Position numbers and translations under genes: made by a program. The notes below the pieces were generated by a model. That model saw only the letters and a list, made by a program, of their open reading frames with translations, made no database searches and was not told the origin of the DNA. Below, one piece after another: positions 48,182 through 56,943 of a stretch of DNA of 64,000 nucleotides. The stretch covers positions 512,001 to 576,000 of the forward strand of contig JBBRLQ010000001.1 in NCBI GenBank assembly GCA_038231275.1, read 5' to 3'. This DNA comes from Polyangiales bacterium. GTDB taxonomy: Bacteria > Myxococcota_A > Polyangia > Polyangiales > Polyangiaceae. The number at the start of each line of letters is the position of its first letter. The stretch's first letter is position 1.

Positions 48182-48299
48182 TGAAGAACGGTTGCAGGAC
48201 TCGCGAGGTCATGGACCGTCGGCCGTATTGACGATGTCGCCGCGGGAGACGATGTCGCCGCGGAGGGATGCTGACGCCGTCACGATCGCGTCCACGATT
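48182..48299 (+). repeat. Imperfect direct repeat, copy A
   Basis: TGAAGAACGGTTGCAGGACTCGCGAGGTCAT...ATGTCGCCGCGGAGGG...TCACGATCGCGTCCACGATT; contains an internal 16-bp duplication. Confidence 0.75.
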
Positions 48300-48301
48300 A
48301 C

Positions 48302-49375
48302 TCAACCTGCAGCGTAACCATTCTGAACGTACGGCGTCCCATCCGGCTCGCGCGGCGTCCAGCGAAGGCGCAGCTCGCCGGTGCCAGCGCGAAGGGGAGT
48401 CAGGCCCAGCTGCAGCGCGATCTTCGGCTCCACGCCCTCCATCGTGAGGAAGGGCCCGTAGTCCTTCCACACCGGAGCGCTCGCGGCGGGCACTCCCCCG
48501 AGCGTGGCCACGAACCAGCGTGCGCTACCCTCCGTTCGCGTCGTGAGCTCCGCGGTGACCCCCTGTGCCGACACGCTTCTTGCCAGCGTCACGAGCTTGG
48601 TGTCGAGCGCGCCGCCGCGGATCGCCACCTCCAGCGCGCCCGAGGCGCCTCCGATGCTCTCGACCATCGCGTCGTACTCTCCCGGACCGGCCGCGAGGTG
48701 CAGGCGGATCGTCTGCTGGTCGTGTGCGATTTCGTTTCCGAGTCGCGAACCCAGCGCGCGGAGGACGGGACGCCCGGCGATCGGCTGCCGCGACACGGGA
48801 GGCGGCTGCATGAAGCGGAGGCGCTGCACCCCCGGCGCATTCGGGTCGATGTTATCCGGATACAGGCTCCGTTCGTGCAGTCCGACGAGCGCGCCGAGCT
48901 CGACGAGCGCGGCCTCCGGGTCCAGCCCCTCGCCGCGCGCCCGCGTGAAGAGGCGCTTCACGTCGCGCCATCCGAAGTTGCCGACGCACAACGAGTCCCA
49001 GCGACGAGGCTGACCGGCGACTTCCCGCGCCGCGCGATCGATGGCGGCGCCATCACGGTCGCTGCAGAAAATATCGACCTCGGCGCCGTCGTTGTAGAGG
49101 CGCGCGTCCAGTACGTCACTGTCGAAAATGGAAGTGACGAGGACCCGCGTCCTCAACGCAGACGACAGGCTGATCGCGGCATCCCAGATGGGGATGGGAC
49201 TGTAGATGGAGGCCCAGCCCTTCGAGCCCTTGTCCGCCGCAACGATGACGTCGTGGTCCGCCGGTGCGCCTGCTTCGGCCTCGCGGTACCCGCGGGCGAG
49301 CGCGAGCTCTCGAAGCGCGCGGGTAACCTTGGCGACGGTGCTTCGCGCGTGGACGTGCCGGAATTTCGACCCCAT
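48302..49375 (-). CDS. Hypothetical protein (immunity-protein-like N-terminus, tentative)
   Basis: ATG 49375 MGSKFRHVH; SIFDSDVLDARLYNDG.EVD motif; codon usage looks atypical. Confidence 0.6.
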   Translation of the reverse strand: MGSKFRHVHARSTVAKVTRALRELALARGYREAEAGAPADHDVIVAADKGSKGWASIYSPIPIWDAAISLSSALRTRVLVTSIFDSDVLDARLYNDGAEVDIFCSDRDGAAIDRAAREVAGQPRRWDSLCVGNFGWRDVKRLFTRARGEGLDPEAALVELGALVGLHERSLYPDNIDPNAPGVQRLRFMQPPPVSRQPIAGRPVLRALGSRLGNEIAHDQQTIRLHLAAGPGEYDAMVESIGGASGALEVAIRGGALDTKLVTLARSVSAQGVTAELTTRTEGSARWFVATLGGVPAASAPVWKDYGPFLTMEGVEPKIALQLGLTPLRAGTGELRLRWTPREPDGTPYVQNGYAAG

Positions 49376-49477
49376 GGTGCGCGAGCGTAGCGCGAAGCGA
49401 CGCGCCTCCGTACGTGAGCCGACCCTGCTGACCGACGCCGGCGTGACGTAACGGCACAGATCCTCCGCACCGCCTTT

Positions 49478-49554
49478 TGAAGAATGGTTGCAGGCTCGCG
49501 AGGTCATCATGTCGCCGCGGAGGGCCGCGGACGCAATCACGATCGTCCACGATT
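49478..49554 (+). repeat. Imperfect direct repeat, copy B
   Basis: TGAAGAATGGTTGCAGGCTCGCGAGGTCATCATGTCGCCGCGGAGGG...TCACGATCGTCCACGATT. Confidence 0.75.
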
Positions 49555-49747
49555 GACGGAAGGCTGCTCCGGCACGCGACGCTGATCTTCTCGGTCGCCA
49601 CCGTTCGTACTCCGAGTGGGAATCATGGGGAGCCCATGCCACGGCGCCGCGTCGCGCGGTTCGGCACGCGCGGAAAATTACCCTCCCGGCCGACGTCGAC
49701 CGTGACGCGAGCGCGCCGCGTAGGGCACGGAGATTGCGTAAAGGGTT

Positions 49748-49762
49748 TGGCACGGGCGCCGC
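49748..49762 (+). promoter_or_regulatory. Possible sigma-54 promoter
   Basis: TGGCACGGGCGCCGC (GG-N10-GC) with a weak -12 element. Confidence 0.3.
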
Positions 49763-49831
49763 GGCCGATCTCTCGGAGCGCGCGTCGTCGTCCAACCCGG
49801 ACACCCCGTCCGAGAAAGAATAAGGCTCCTC

Positions 49832-50533
49832 ATGGTCAGCGCCCGACTCCTCTTCGTTGCAGCATCCGCGTTCGCGATCCAACTGGCGGCGTGCGGCGGC
49901 AACAGCGATGGCACCAGCCTCACGAGGGGGAGCTCCTCTTCGTCGGGCGGGTCTTCGTCGGGCGGGTCTTCGTCGGGCGGGACCTCCTCGGGATCGGTGC
50001 CGCCGAGCACGCAAAGCGACGGCGGCGGCGTCGCGCCGAGCAGCGACGCGGGATCGACCGCCGACACGGCGCCGACGACCGACCTCTGCACGCCGTACAT
50101 CGGCAAGTGGCTGGCGACGATCGATCCGGGCGCCGTTGCGACGGGGACGGATACCGACCCTCTGGGCGGAAGCATTCCGTTCAGCGGCACCATCGACTTC
50201 ACGTTCGTGCACGACGACGCGGATCTCCCGAACATCCTCGATTTCTCGGGTACCTCGACGATCAAGGCCGCCGGTCAGACGATTACGCAGCCCATCGTGC
50301 CGGCAAAGTCGCCCACGGGCGATCCCAAGGACAGCACGTGCGAAGCGGGCGTTCTGCACTTCCTCGGAGAGGCGAACGTCTCGGGCATCGGCGTCGTCCT
50401 CTTCACGGTGGAAGGGCACCTCGACACGTCAGTGACACCGACCGTCGGGCTGGGGACCTTCACGATGAACACGAAGGACGACAACGGCGCCGCGCTCTCG
50501 GGCAAGGGCACCCTCCACATGGTGCGCCAGTAA
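49832..50533 (+). CDS. Lipoprotein with Ser/Gly linker and beta-rich domain
   Basis: Lipobox LAAC; SSSGG repeats. Confidence 0.8.
   Translation: MVSARLLFVAASAFAIQLAACGGNSDGTSLTRGSSSSSGGSSSGGSSSGGTSSGSVPPSTQSDGGGVAPSSDAGSTADTAPTTDLCTPYIGKWLATIDPGAVATGTDTDPLGGSIPFSGTIDFTFVHDDADLPNILDFSGTSTIKAAGQTITQPIVPAKSPTGDPKDSTCEAGVLHFLGEANVSGIGVVLFTVEGHLDTSVTPTVGLGTFTMNTKDDNGAALSGKGTLHMVRQ
49937..49981 (+). repeat. Coding tandem repeat (15 bp x3)
   Basis: TCTTCGTCGGGCGGG three times, encoding SSSGG. Confidence 0.9.
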
Positions 50534-50593
50534 CGCACGCCGCGGCGGGGGCCCATGGCCCTCGTAAGAAAAATTCGCTGTGACTCGCCGACG

Positions 50594-50639
50594 CGCGCCG
50601 ACGCTCTCCGCGCAGGTGGGGCGTCGGCGCGTTCGTTTT
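50594..50639 (+). terminator. Possible intrinsic terminator
   Basis: 11-bp stem CGCGCCGACGC/GCGTCGGCGCG followed by TTCGTTTT. Confidence 0.4.
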
Positions 50640-50812
50640 GTGATGCGGCGGTCGCGATCGCGTGCGGGGGGATCCACCACTGTGATCCGTCCGACCAGGG
50701 TCGACGATTGCGATGGGTGACGCGGCGTCGGCGCGTGCGATTGGAAAATTCGTCGTGCGCCGCTCGCACGTGTTGACGCCCGTAGCTCCGTGGGCTCCAT
50801 TGCGCCGCGAAG

Positions 50813-51139
50813 ATGCAGACACCGATCGCCTCCGTCGTCCTCTCCAGCGCGCCGTCCGACAAGGGCCTCGACCTGAGCGAAGAGGACGTGGCGTCCTGGA
50901 TCGCCTTCGCGCGCGAGTGCATCGGCGAGCTTTTTCCGGAGGTCATCGTCACGACGAAGCCGACCGCGGGCACCGAGATCGTCTGCGCGGACCCCTCCTG
51001 GCGCGACGAGCTGCGCGAGCGCGTCAGCGACGCGTGGCACGCGTGGTGTCTCGGCGAGCGGGTCGCCGCAAAGGGGAACGCAGACGCAGACGGGGTGGCG
51101 CGGGACGAGACCGACGCGGTCGTCCGCGCCGCGGGCTGA
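50813..51139 (+). CDS. Small hypothetical protein
   Basis: 108-aa ORF with typical codon usage. Confidence 0.6.
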   Translation: MQTPIASVVLSSAPSDKGLDLSEEDVASWIAFARECIGELFPEVIVTTKPTAGTEIVCADPSWRDELRERVSDAWHAWCLGERVAAKGNADADGVARDETDAVVRAAG

Positions 51140-51147
51140 CGACGCAG

Positions 51148-51579
51148 TCACGACGACGACGAGCCTGGCCCTCGAGGACTCCGCCGAAGCACCGACGCGA
51201 CGAATGAACCGTACGTGACGGCGGCGACTAGGAGTCCGATCGCACCGCCCGCCACCGTCGCGAGCACGCTCCCTGCTCCCAACGATCCAAGCTCCACTCC
51301 GATCCCAACCGCGAGCGCGGTGCCGAGCGCCACACTGATCCATCGCGCCACGCGATGAAAGAGCGCGACGCCGAGGAGCACGAACGTGACCACCGCCGCC
51401 GCGATCGCTGCCCACGGCGGCGCGCCCGCCAGCCACGCCATCACCAGCCCTGCGATGGCCACCCCGAGGTTGAGAATCATCGCGAGCTCCATTCCGGACT
51501 CGGACAGCGGCGCGTCCGGCGCGGACTCGGCTGCGAGATGAAGGCGGAACGCGAGGCGCTGGAGGGGAGAACGAAACAC
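51148..51579 (-). CDS. Small membrane protein
   Basis: Four hydrophobic segments; TAGACT 6 nt upstream of the GTG. Confidence 0.65.
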   Translation of the reverse strand: MFRSPLQRLAFRLHLAAESAPDAPLSESGMELAMILNLGVAIAGLVMAWLAGAPPWAAIAAAVVTFVLLGVALFHRVARWISVALGTALAVGIGVELGSLGAGSVLATVAGGAIGLLVAAVTYGSFVASVLRRSPRGPGSSSS

Positions 51580-51593
51580 CGCCCCAGTCTATG

Positions 51594-52274
51594 TCACGTG
51601 TCCCCGAGCACGAACCACAGCATCGCGTGCGCGGTCACCGGCGCGACGAGGGAGCGATCGGGGCCGCGGCCGCGCGCGATGCCGAACGCGAGGCCGAGGG
51701 CCGCCTTCATCGTGAAGCCAACGAAGCTGAAGTCGCGGTGCGACGCCGCGAAGACGATCGACGTGATGGCGAGCGCGCCGCAGAAACCGAGCTTCGCCTC
51801 GAGCGCGGGCTGCATGTAGCCGCGGTAAATCGACTCCTCCGTCGACGCCGCGCAGATGCCGACGAGGACGAAGTCGAGGCGTGTACGGAGGCCGCCTTGG
51901 AATGGCGCAAGCAGCGCCTCACCGAGGTGCATGCCCATCCCGACGAGGACCACGAGGATGATCGCCCAAAGTGCGAAGAATGCCACCAGACCGCGGCCGA
52001 CGTCGCGAGCACCGTCGAACCGCCAGCCGATCGCGCGCGGAGTGGTGCGGCCGACGGCGAAGAGGCCGAGCCCCAACACGACGCTCCACATCGCGACGAT
52101 CATCAAGACGCCGATCATGAGCTGCGCGTTCGAGCCGCTGAACCCGCGATCGCCCGGCGTAACGATGTGACGTCCGATCACCGAGAGGACGACGTACGTA
52201 CAAAGCAGGTGCCACGGCACGAGGAGGAGCGCGTGGACGATGCGCGACGTGCTGCCGAGCGGGAAGCGGGCCAT
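51594..52274 (-). CDS. CPBP/Abi (CAAX) intramembrane metalloprotease
   Basis: EESIYRG, FAASH and AHAML motifs; multiple TM segments. Confidence 0.88.
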   Translation of the reverse strand: MARFPLGSTSRIVHALLLVPWHLLCTYVVLSVIGRHIVTPGDRGFSGSNAQLMIGVLMIVAMWSVVLGLGLFAVGRTTPRAIGWRFDGARDVGRGLVAFFALWAIILVVLVGMGMHLGEALLAPFQGGLRTRLDFVLVGICAASTEESIYRGYMQPALEAKLGFCGALAITSIVFAASHRDFSFVGFTMKAALGLAFGIARGRGPDRSLVAPVTAHAMLWFVLGDT

Positions 52275-52347
52275 CACCGAGGTGTACGACGCTCCGCGCG
52301 GCCCGTCCTTGGGAAGCGAAGTTCGCGGTCAGCGCGGCGTGACGCGA

Positions 52348-52566
52348 TCAGCCGAGGAGCGCGAGGATCTCGTCCTCGCTCGTCGGGAAGCGGTTCGATT
52401 GCAGCTTCGAGAAGACGAGCCGCTCGTCACGGAAGACCTCGAACGATCCCCGATCGCCGGGCACGAGCTCGGCGGCGACGCCCTTGTCGGACTTGATCTT
52501 GGCCGCCAACCTGGCAGCCCGGGGCAAGTACCCTCAGGCGGAGCAGTATTCGATGCGAATCTTCAT
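52348..52566 (-). CDS. SelT/SelW/SelH (Rdx) family selenoprotein, 72 aa, Sec at codon 11
   Basis: MKIRIEYCSA-TGA-GYLPRAARLAAKI...GSFEVFRDERLVFSKLQSNRFP; in-frame TGA at 52534-52536 in the CxxU position. Confidence 0.88.
52501..52519 (-). promoter_or_regulatory. Putative bacterial SECIS hairpin
   Basis: GGCUGCCA-GGU-UGGCGGCC stem-loop with G in the apical loop, about 23 nt 3' of the UGA. Confidence 0.7.
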
Positions 52567-52666
52567 CTCCCTAACGCTTAGTGCTCGGCGCGCCGGTTCG
52601 CAAGCGCCGGCCGGTTAGGAGCCTCCTAGTCAGCGCGCCCCACACGCGCTACACACTGGCCGCGCC

Positions 52667-53629
52667 ATGGTGGACGACGCGCTCCTGACCGCGAATCTCG
52701 GCAACACGCTCGACGCCACGGATTTGCCGGCGCTCGGCGCAAAATACGAGGGCAAGGTCCGGGACAACTACACGACCAAGGACGGCCGGCGCTTCATCGT
52801 CGTGACCGATCGCATCAGCGCGTTCGATCGCGTCCTCGGCACGATCCCGTTCAAGGGGCAGGTCTTGAACCGCCTCGCCGCGTGGTGGTTTGAGGAGACG
52901 AAGGTCGTGGCGCCGAACCACCTCCTTCGCACGCCCGATCCCAACGTGCTCGAGTGCGTCGAGTGCACGCCGATCCTGGCCGAGATGGTGGTGCGCGCGT
53001 ACGTGACGGGCTCCACGTCGACGAGCATCTGGACGCACTACGAGGGCGGCGCCCGCGTCTTTTGCGGGCACCGCTTGCCGGACGGCCTGAAGAAGAACCA
53101 AAAGCTCCCCGCGCCGATCCTCACGCCGGCGACCAAGGCGCCGAAGGGCGAGCACGACATCTCCGGCTCGCGCGAAGAGATCCTCGCGACCGGCAACGTC
53201 ACCGCCGCCGACTTCGACGCGGCCGCGGCCATCGCGATGCGCCTGTTCGACGCCGGCCAGAAGATTTGCAGCGCGCGCGGGCTCATCCTCGTCGACACCA
53301 AGTACGAGATGGGCAAGACCAAGGACGGAAGGGTCGTCGTCATCGACGAGATCCACACGCCCGACTCGTCGCGCTTCTGGATGGCGGACTCCTACACGGC
53401 CCGCTTCGAGCGGGCCGAAGATCCCGAGCCGCTCGACAAGGACTACGTGCGGCGTCATTTCACCAAGCTCGGCTACCGCGGAGACGGGGCGCCGCCGCCC
53501 TTGCCCGATGACGTGCGCGTGGGCGCGGCGAAGCGGTACATCGAAGCGTTCGAGAAGATCACCGGCACCACGTTCACGCCCGACACCGCGCCGCCGATCG
53601 CGCGGATCGCCCGGAATTTAGGCCTCTAG
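52667..53629 (+). CDS. purC: Phosphoribosylaminoimidazole-succinocarboxamide synthase
   Basis: [47 protein letters not shown]. Confidence 0.96.
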   Translation: MVDDALLTANLGNTLDATDLPALGAKYEGKVRDNYTTKDGRRFIVVTDRISAFDRVLGTIPFKGQVLNRLAAWWFEETKVVAPNHLLRTPDPNVLECVECTPILAEMVVRAYVTGSTSTSIWTHYEGGARVFCGHRLPDGLKKNQKLPAPILTPATKAPKGEHDISGSREEILATGNVTAADFDAAAAIAMRLFDAGQKICSARGLILVDTKYEMGKTKDGRVVVIDEIHTPDSSRFWMADSYTARFERAEDPEPLDKDYVRRHFTKLGYRGDGAPPPLPDDVRVGAAKRYIEAFEKITGTTFTPDTAPPIARIARNLGL

Positions 53630-53638
53630 GAGCACCCC

Positions 53639-53884
53639 ATGAAAGCCACCGTCCTCGTTCGCCTCAAGCCCGAAGTCCTCGACCCGCAGGGAGACGCGGT
53701 GCGCCGCGCGCTCGGCAAGCTCGGGTTCGAAGGCGTGAAGGGCGTGCGCGTCGGCAAGCTGATCGAGATCGAGCTGCCGGACTCGGCGGGCGCCGTGAAG
53801 GGGGAGCTCGAGAAGCGCCTCGCGAAGATGGCGGATGAGATGCTCGCGAATCCGGTCGTCGAGGACTTCGAGATTCGCCTCTAG
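53639..53884 (+). CDS. purS: FGAM synthase subunit PurS
   Basis: LKPEVLDPQG, VRVGK.IE, LANPVVEDF. Confidence 0.95.
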   Translation: MKATVLVRLKPEVLDPQGDAVRRALGKLGFEGVKGVRVGKLIEIELPDSAGAVKGELEKRLAKMADEMLANPVVEDFEIRL

Positions 53885-53906
53885 CCACCTCCCGTAAGCG
53901 TGCAGT

Positions 53907-55121
53907 CTACATGCTCATCGGCGTGGGCATGAAGAGCAGGCCGAAGATGAGGAGCGTGACGATCGCGATCGCCGCGCGCCCGACGCCGAGCGGAGCCGCA
54001 CCGGTCGGCGGGTGATCCAGGAGCGGGCTCGGGCGGAGCGCTCCGCTGCGGCGCTCCATCACGAGGAGCATCCCGAGGCCCACGAACCAGGCAATCCAGA
54101 GGAGCGCGCTGAAGTGCTCGCGGCCGTAGCTGGCGAGAAGGATGAGGCCCAGCGTCGCGATGGCGCGGGTGCGGGTGCCGAGCTCGTTGTCGTCGGTGCG
54201 ATCCGAGCGCTGCTTTCCCAGCGCGCCGAGGATGGCGAGCATCTCGAACCAGACGAGCCAGAAGACCGAGTTGCCGATGTGGGTCCCGAGGCGGTAGATG
54301 CCGAGGCCTGCGCGGAGATCGCGCAGCATGTAGCCGCCGAGGCTGACGAAGAAGAACGCGAGCATCGCGCGATGCACGACGCGCGCGAAGCGATCCTGCC
54401 GCGTGCCGAAGAGCGCGTACGCGACGTGACCGCCGTCGAGCTGGCCGACGGGGACCAGGTTGATCATCGTGACGAACATGCCGGCCCACGCGGCGAAGGC
54501 GACCGGGTGGAGCATGAGCGTCATCCCCTCCGGCGGCGAGGTCACAGCGAGGTGATCGAGGACGCGGAGGGCGATCGACTCGCCGAGCTCGACCGAGCCC
54601 TTCTCGCCGAGGGTCGAGACCGAAACGAGCGTCGAGTGCGCGGCGCCCCAGAAATACATTGGGATCGCGAAGCAGAGGCCCGCGAGCGGTCCCGACGCGC
54701 CGATGTCGAGGAGCGCCGCGCGCGTGGGGATGCTGCCGCGCATGCGGATGACGGCGCCCATCGTCCCGAACGGCGAGAGCATCGGGATGGGGATGAAATA
54801 GGGGAGCGACGCGTCGACCTTGTGGATGCGCGCGGTGATGAAGTGCCCGAGCTCGTGCGCGACCAGGATGGTGAGGAGCGCGCCGGCGAACTGGAGGCCG
54901 TGCACTACCGCCTCGGGGACCAAGAACGCGCGCAAGATGCCGAGCCGGCCCGGCGCGCTGATCGCGGATTGTGCGGCGTTGTCGCTGAGCACCGCGGTGG
55001 AGAAGACGCTCGCGACCGTGACGAGGAAGAGGACGAGGTTGGTGCGCCACTCGACCGGCGGCAGCTCGCCCGAGGGCGGCGGCGCGCTGGAGTGGCGCTC
55101 AGGAGGGGGAACGGAGGGCAT
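53907..55121 (-). CDS. Site-2 protease (peptidase M50)
   Basis: HELGH, PYFIP, GTMGAVI, GPLAG, NLVPVGQLDGGH. Confidence 0.92.
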   Translation of the reverse strand: MPSVPPPERHSSAPPPSGELPPVEWRTNLVLFLVTVASVFSTAVLSDNAAQSAISAPGRLGILRAFLVPEAVVHGLQFAGALLTILVAHELGHFITARIHKVDASLPYFIPIPMLSPFGTMGAVIRMRGSIPTRAALLDIGASGPLAGLCFAIPMYFWGAAHSTLVSVSTLGEKGSVELGESIALRVLDHLAVTSPPEGMTLMLHPVAFAAWAGMFVTMINLVPVGQLDGGHVAYALFGTRQDRFARVVHRAMLAFFFVSLGGYMLRDLRAGLGIYRLGTHIGNSVFWLVWFEMLAILGALGKQRSDRTDDNELGTRTRAIATLGLILLASYGREHFSALLWIAWFVGLGMLLVMERRSGALRPSPLLDHPPTGAAPLGVGRAAIAIVTLLIFGLLFMPTPMSM

Positions 55122-55734
55122 CGCGCAGGGTCTCGGCGAGGCGCGCGAGCTGCGGGGTAAGCCGCGCGTCGAGCGTGCCGAGATCGGTGTGGAGGACAAG
55201 GGAGCCGCGCGAGAGATCGTCGCGAGGAACGATCTCGACGGCGCCCGCGGGCACGCCGAGCGTCGCGATCAAGGTCTCGAGCGTCGCGGCGTCGGACGGG
55301 TGGGCTTCGATGCGTGCTCGCCGTGCGCCGCGCGCTTCGGCGAGGGCTTGCCGCGCGAGCATCGCGACCACCGCCGGATCGCGCTCGAGCGCGGCGCCCA
55401 CCATGCGCTCGGCGAGGAGTGCCGCGAGCTCGACGGCGCGACCGAGATCGCGCTCCGTGCGCGCCTCCTCCGCAGCGTGAAGGGTCAGGTAGAGCGCGGC
55501 CACCTTCGCGTGCTCGGCGGCGCGCGCGTCAGCGGTCGCGCGCTCGACCGCATCGACGAGCACCGATTTCGCGCGGGCCTCCGCGTCCGCGAGGATCGCG
55601 CGTGCCCGTGCACGCGCGTCGAGATCTTCCCGCGCGATGCGCCTCCCGGCGTAGCCAGGATCGACGCGCGGGGTCGCGGGCACGCCGGTCGTTCCGCTGC
55701 CTCGGACCACACGCCCGCGAAGGGTCACGCTCAC
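55099..55734 (-). CDS. FliH/SctL-family protein
   Basis: Ala-rich coiled coil, LAERMVG, AHPSD, DDLSRGSLVLHTDLGTLDA; GTG overlaps the upstream stop. Confidence 0.8.
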   Translation of the reverse strand: MSVTLRGRVVRGSGTTGVPATPRVDPGYAGRRIAREDLDARARARAILADAEARAKSVLVDAVERATADARAAEHAKVAALYLTLHAAEEARTERDLGRAVELAALLAERMVGAALERDPAVVAMLARQALAEARGARRARIEAHPSDAATLETLIATLGVPAGAVEIVPRDDLSRGSLVLHTDLGTLDARLTPQLARLAETLRDALRSPS

Positions 55735-55949
55735 GCGTCGCCCTCCAGATCGACCGCGGCGATCTCGCGCGCGATCGGGCCGAGACCGAGCGCCATCGCC
55801 TGTGCGCGCTGCGTCTTGCTCGCGCTCTTCATGAGGCCGGCCAGTCTCGTCGCCTCCGGATCGCGCACCGAAGACACGCACGCGAGCGCGTCCTCGGGAT
55901 CAACGCCGAGCGCGGCGCTCATCGCGACGAACGAGGTCTCCCAACTCAC
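55731..55949 (-). CDS. Small hypothetical protein
   Basis: 72-aa ORF with GTGA overlaps at both ends. Confidence 0.65.
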   Translation of the reverse strand: MSWETSFVAMSAALGVDPEDALACVSSVRDPEATRLAGLMKSASKTQRAQAMALGLGPIAREIAAVDLEGDA

Positions 55950-56854
55950 GACGTCGAGACTACCACGTAGCGGTCGTCGTCCTTCCGCGCCTCGCCGTCT
56001 CGGATGAGCTTCACGAGGTGCGCCTCGAGCGAGAGCGCCGCGAACGGCCACATCATGACCGGCGTGTCGGCGTACGCGACGGGAACGAGGTCTCCGAGCG
56101 TCGCTCCGGTCTTTGGAGCCGCACGCAGCGCCGCGCGCACCTTCTCTTCACGCATCAGGCGATGCTGCACGTATTTGTCGAAGAGCGCGCTCGGGTCCGT
56201 AATCGGATCGCCGTGCGCCGGAAGCGCGACCGTCCCCTTCAGCGCGGACAGACGGCGGAGCTGCGCGAGGTACTCGAGCATGTCGCCTTCGCCGGGAGCG
56301 ATCAGGATCGTCCCGACGCTCGCCACCATGTCACCAACCACGAGCGCGCCGCTCTCCTCGTCGTGCAGGCACAAGTGCCCCGGCGCGTGCCCTGGCGTGA
56401 AGAGGACGCGCCATTTCTCCACGCGCGGCCCCTCGAGGACGATCTCGTCGCCGTCGTCGAGCAGGCGCGCGAACGGCACCTCGGGCACACGCTCCGCCGT
56501 CTTCGCGTGCCCCCACACCGGCAGCGCGAGCTCGCGCGAGAGGACGCCGATCCCTCCCACGTGATCGGGGTGATGGTGCGTCGCAAAGATCGCGAGCGGC
56601 TTTCGTCCCGCGCCTTCGAGCGCGCGCGCCCAGGCCAACCATTCGCGCTGCTCGTCGGCGTACGGCGTCGCCGGCTCGACGAGGAGCACCTCGCGCCCGC
56701 CCAGCGCGTAGCTGTTCGTGTGCGTCGCGGGAGGAAGGGTCGGGGTTCGCGCGTCGAAGATCGACACCGTGGCGGATGGTCCTCCCTGCCCCGCGTGTGC
56801 GTGACCGAGCTTCAGCTCGCGCGGTCTAAGCGGTGCGGCGGTGCTCGCGGTCAC
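55946..56854 (-). CDS. MBL-fold metallo-hydrolase (LACTB2-like)
   Basis: THHHPDHVGG, TPGHAPGH, GD, PAHG; C-terminal winged helix (SLEAHL.KL). Confidence 0.9.
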   Translation of the reverse strand: MTASTAAPLRPRELKLGHAHAGQGGPSATVSIFDARTPTLPPATHTNSYALGGREVLLVEPATPYADEQREWLAWARALEGAGRKPLAIFATHHHPDHVGGIGVLSRELALPVWGHAKTAERVPEVPFARLLDDGDEIVLEGPRVEKWRVLFTPGHAPGHLCLHDEESGALVVGDMVASVGTILIAPGEGDMLEYLAQLRRLSALKGTVALPAHGDPITDPSALFDKYVQHRLMREEKVRAALRAAPKTGATLGDLVPVAYADTPVMMWPFAALSLEAHLVKLIRDGEARKDDDRYVVVSTS

Positions 56855-56943
56855 GGTGGAAATAGAACTAGCACCTGCGAATGCGCCTTGCGCGCCCCGG
56901 TGCCCGCGTTGCAGGATGCAGCGATTTTTCTCTTGGAGGAACG

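Noticed and set aside
48182-49554. CRISPR array or intact prophage/ICE at the tRNA
   Set aside because: Only two degenerate repeats 1.2 kb apart; no spacers, cas genes, integrase or att duplication seen
49937-49981. 15-bp tandem repeat as a phase-variation switch
   Set aside because: The unit is a multiple of 3 and encodes an ordinary Ser/Gly linker
51594-52274. CPBP/Abi protease as an abortive-infection gene
   Set aside because: The Abi name for this family is historical and there is no defence context here
52240-52581. 113-aa plus-strand ORF
   Set aside because: It is the antisense shadow of the SelW-like selenoprotein gene
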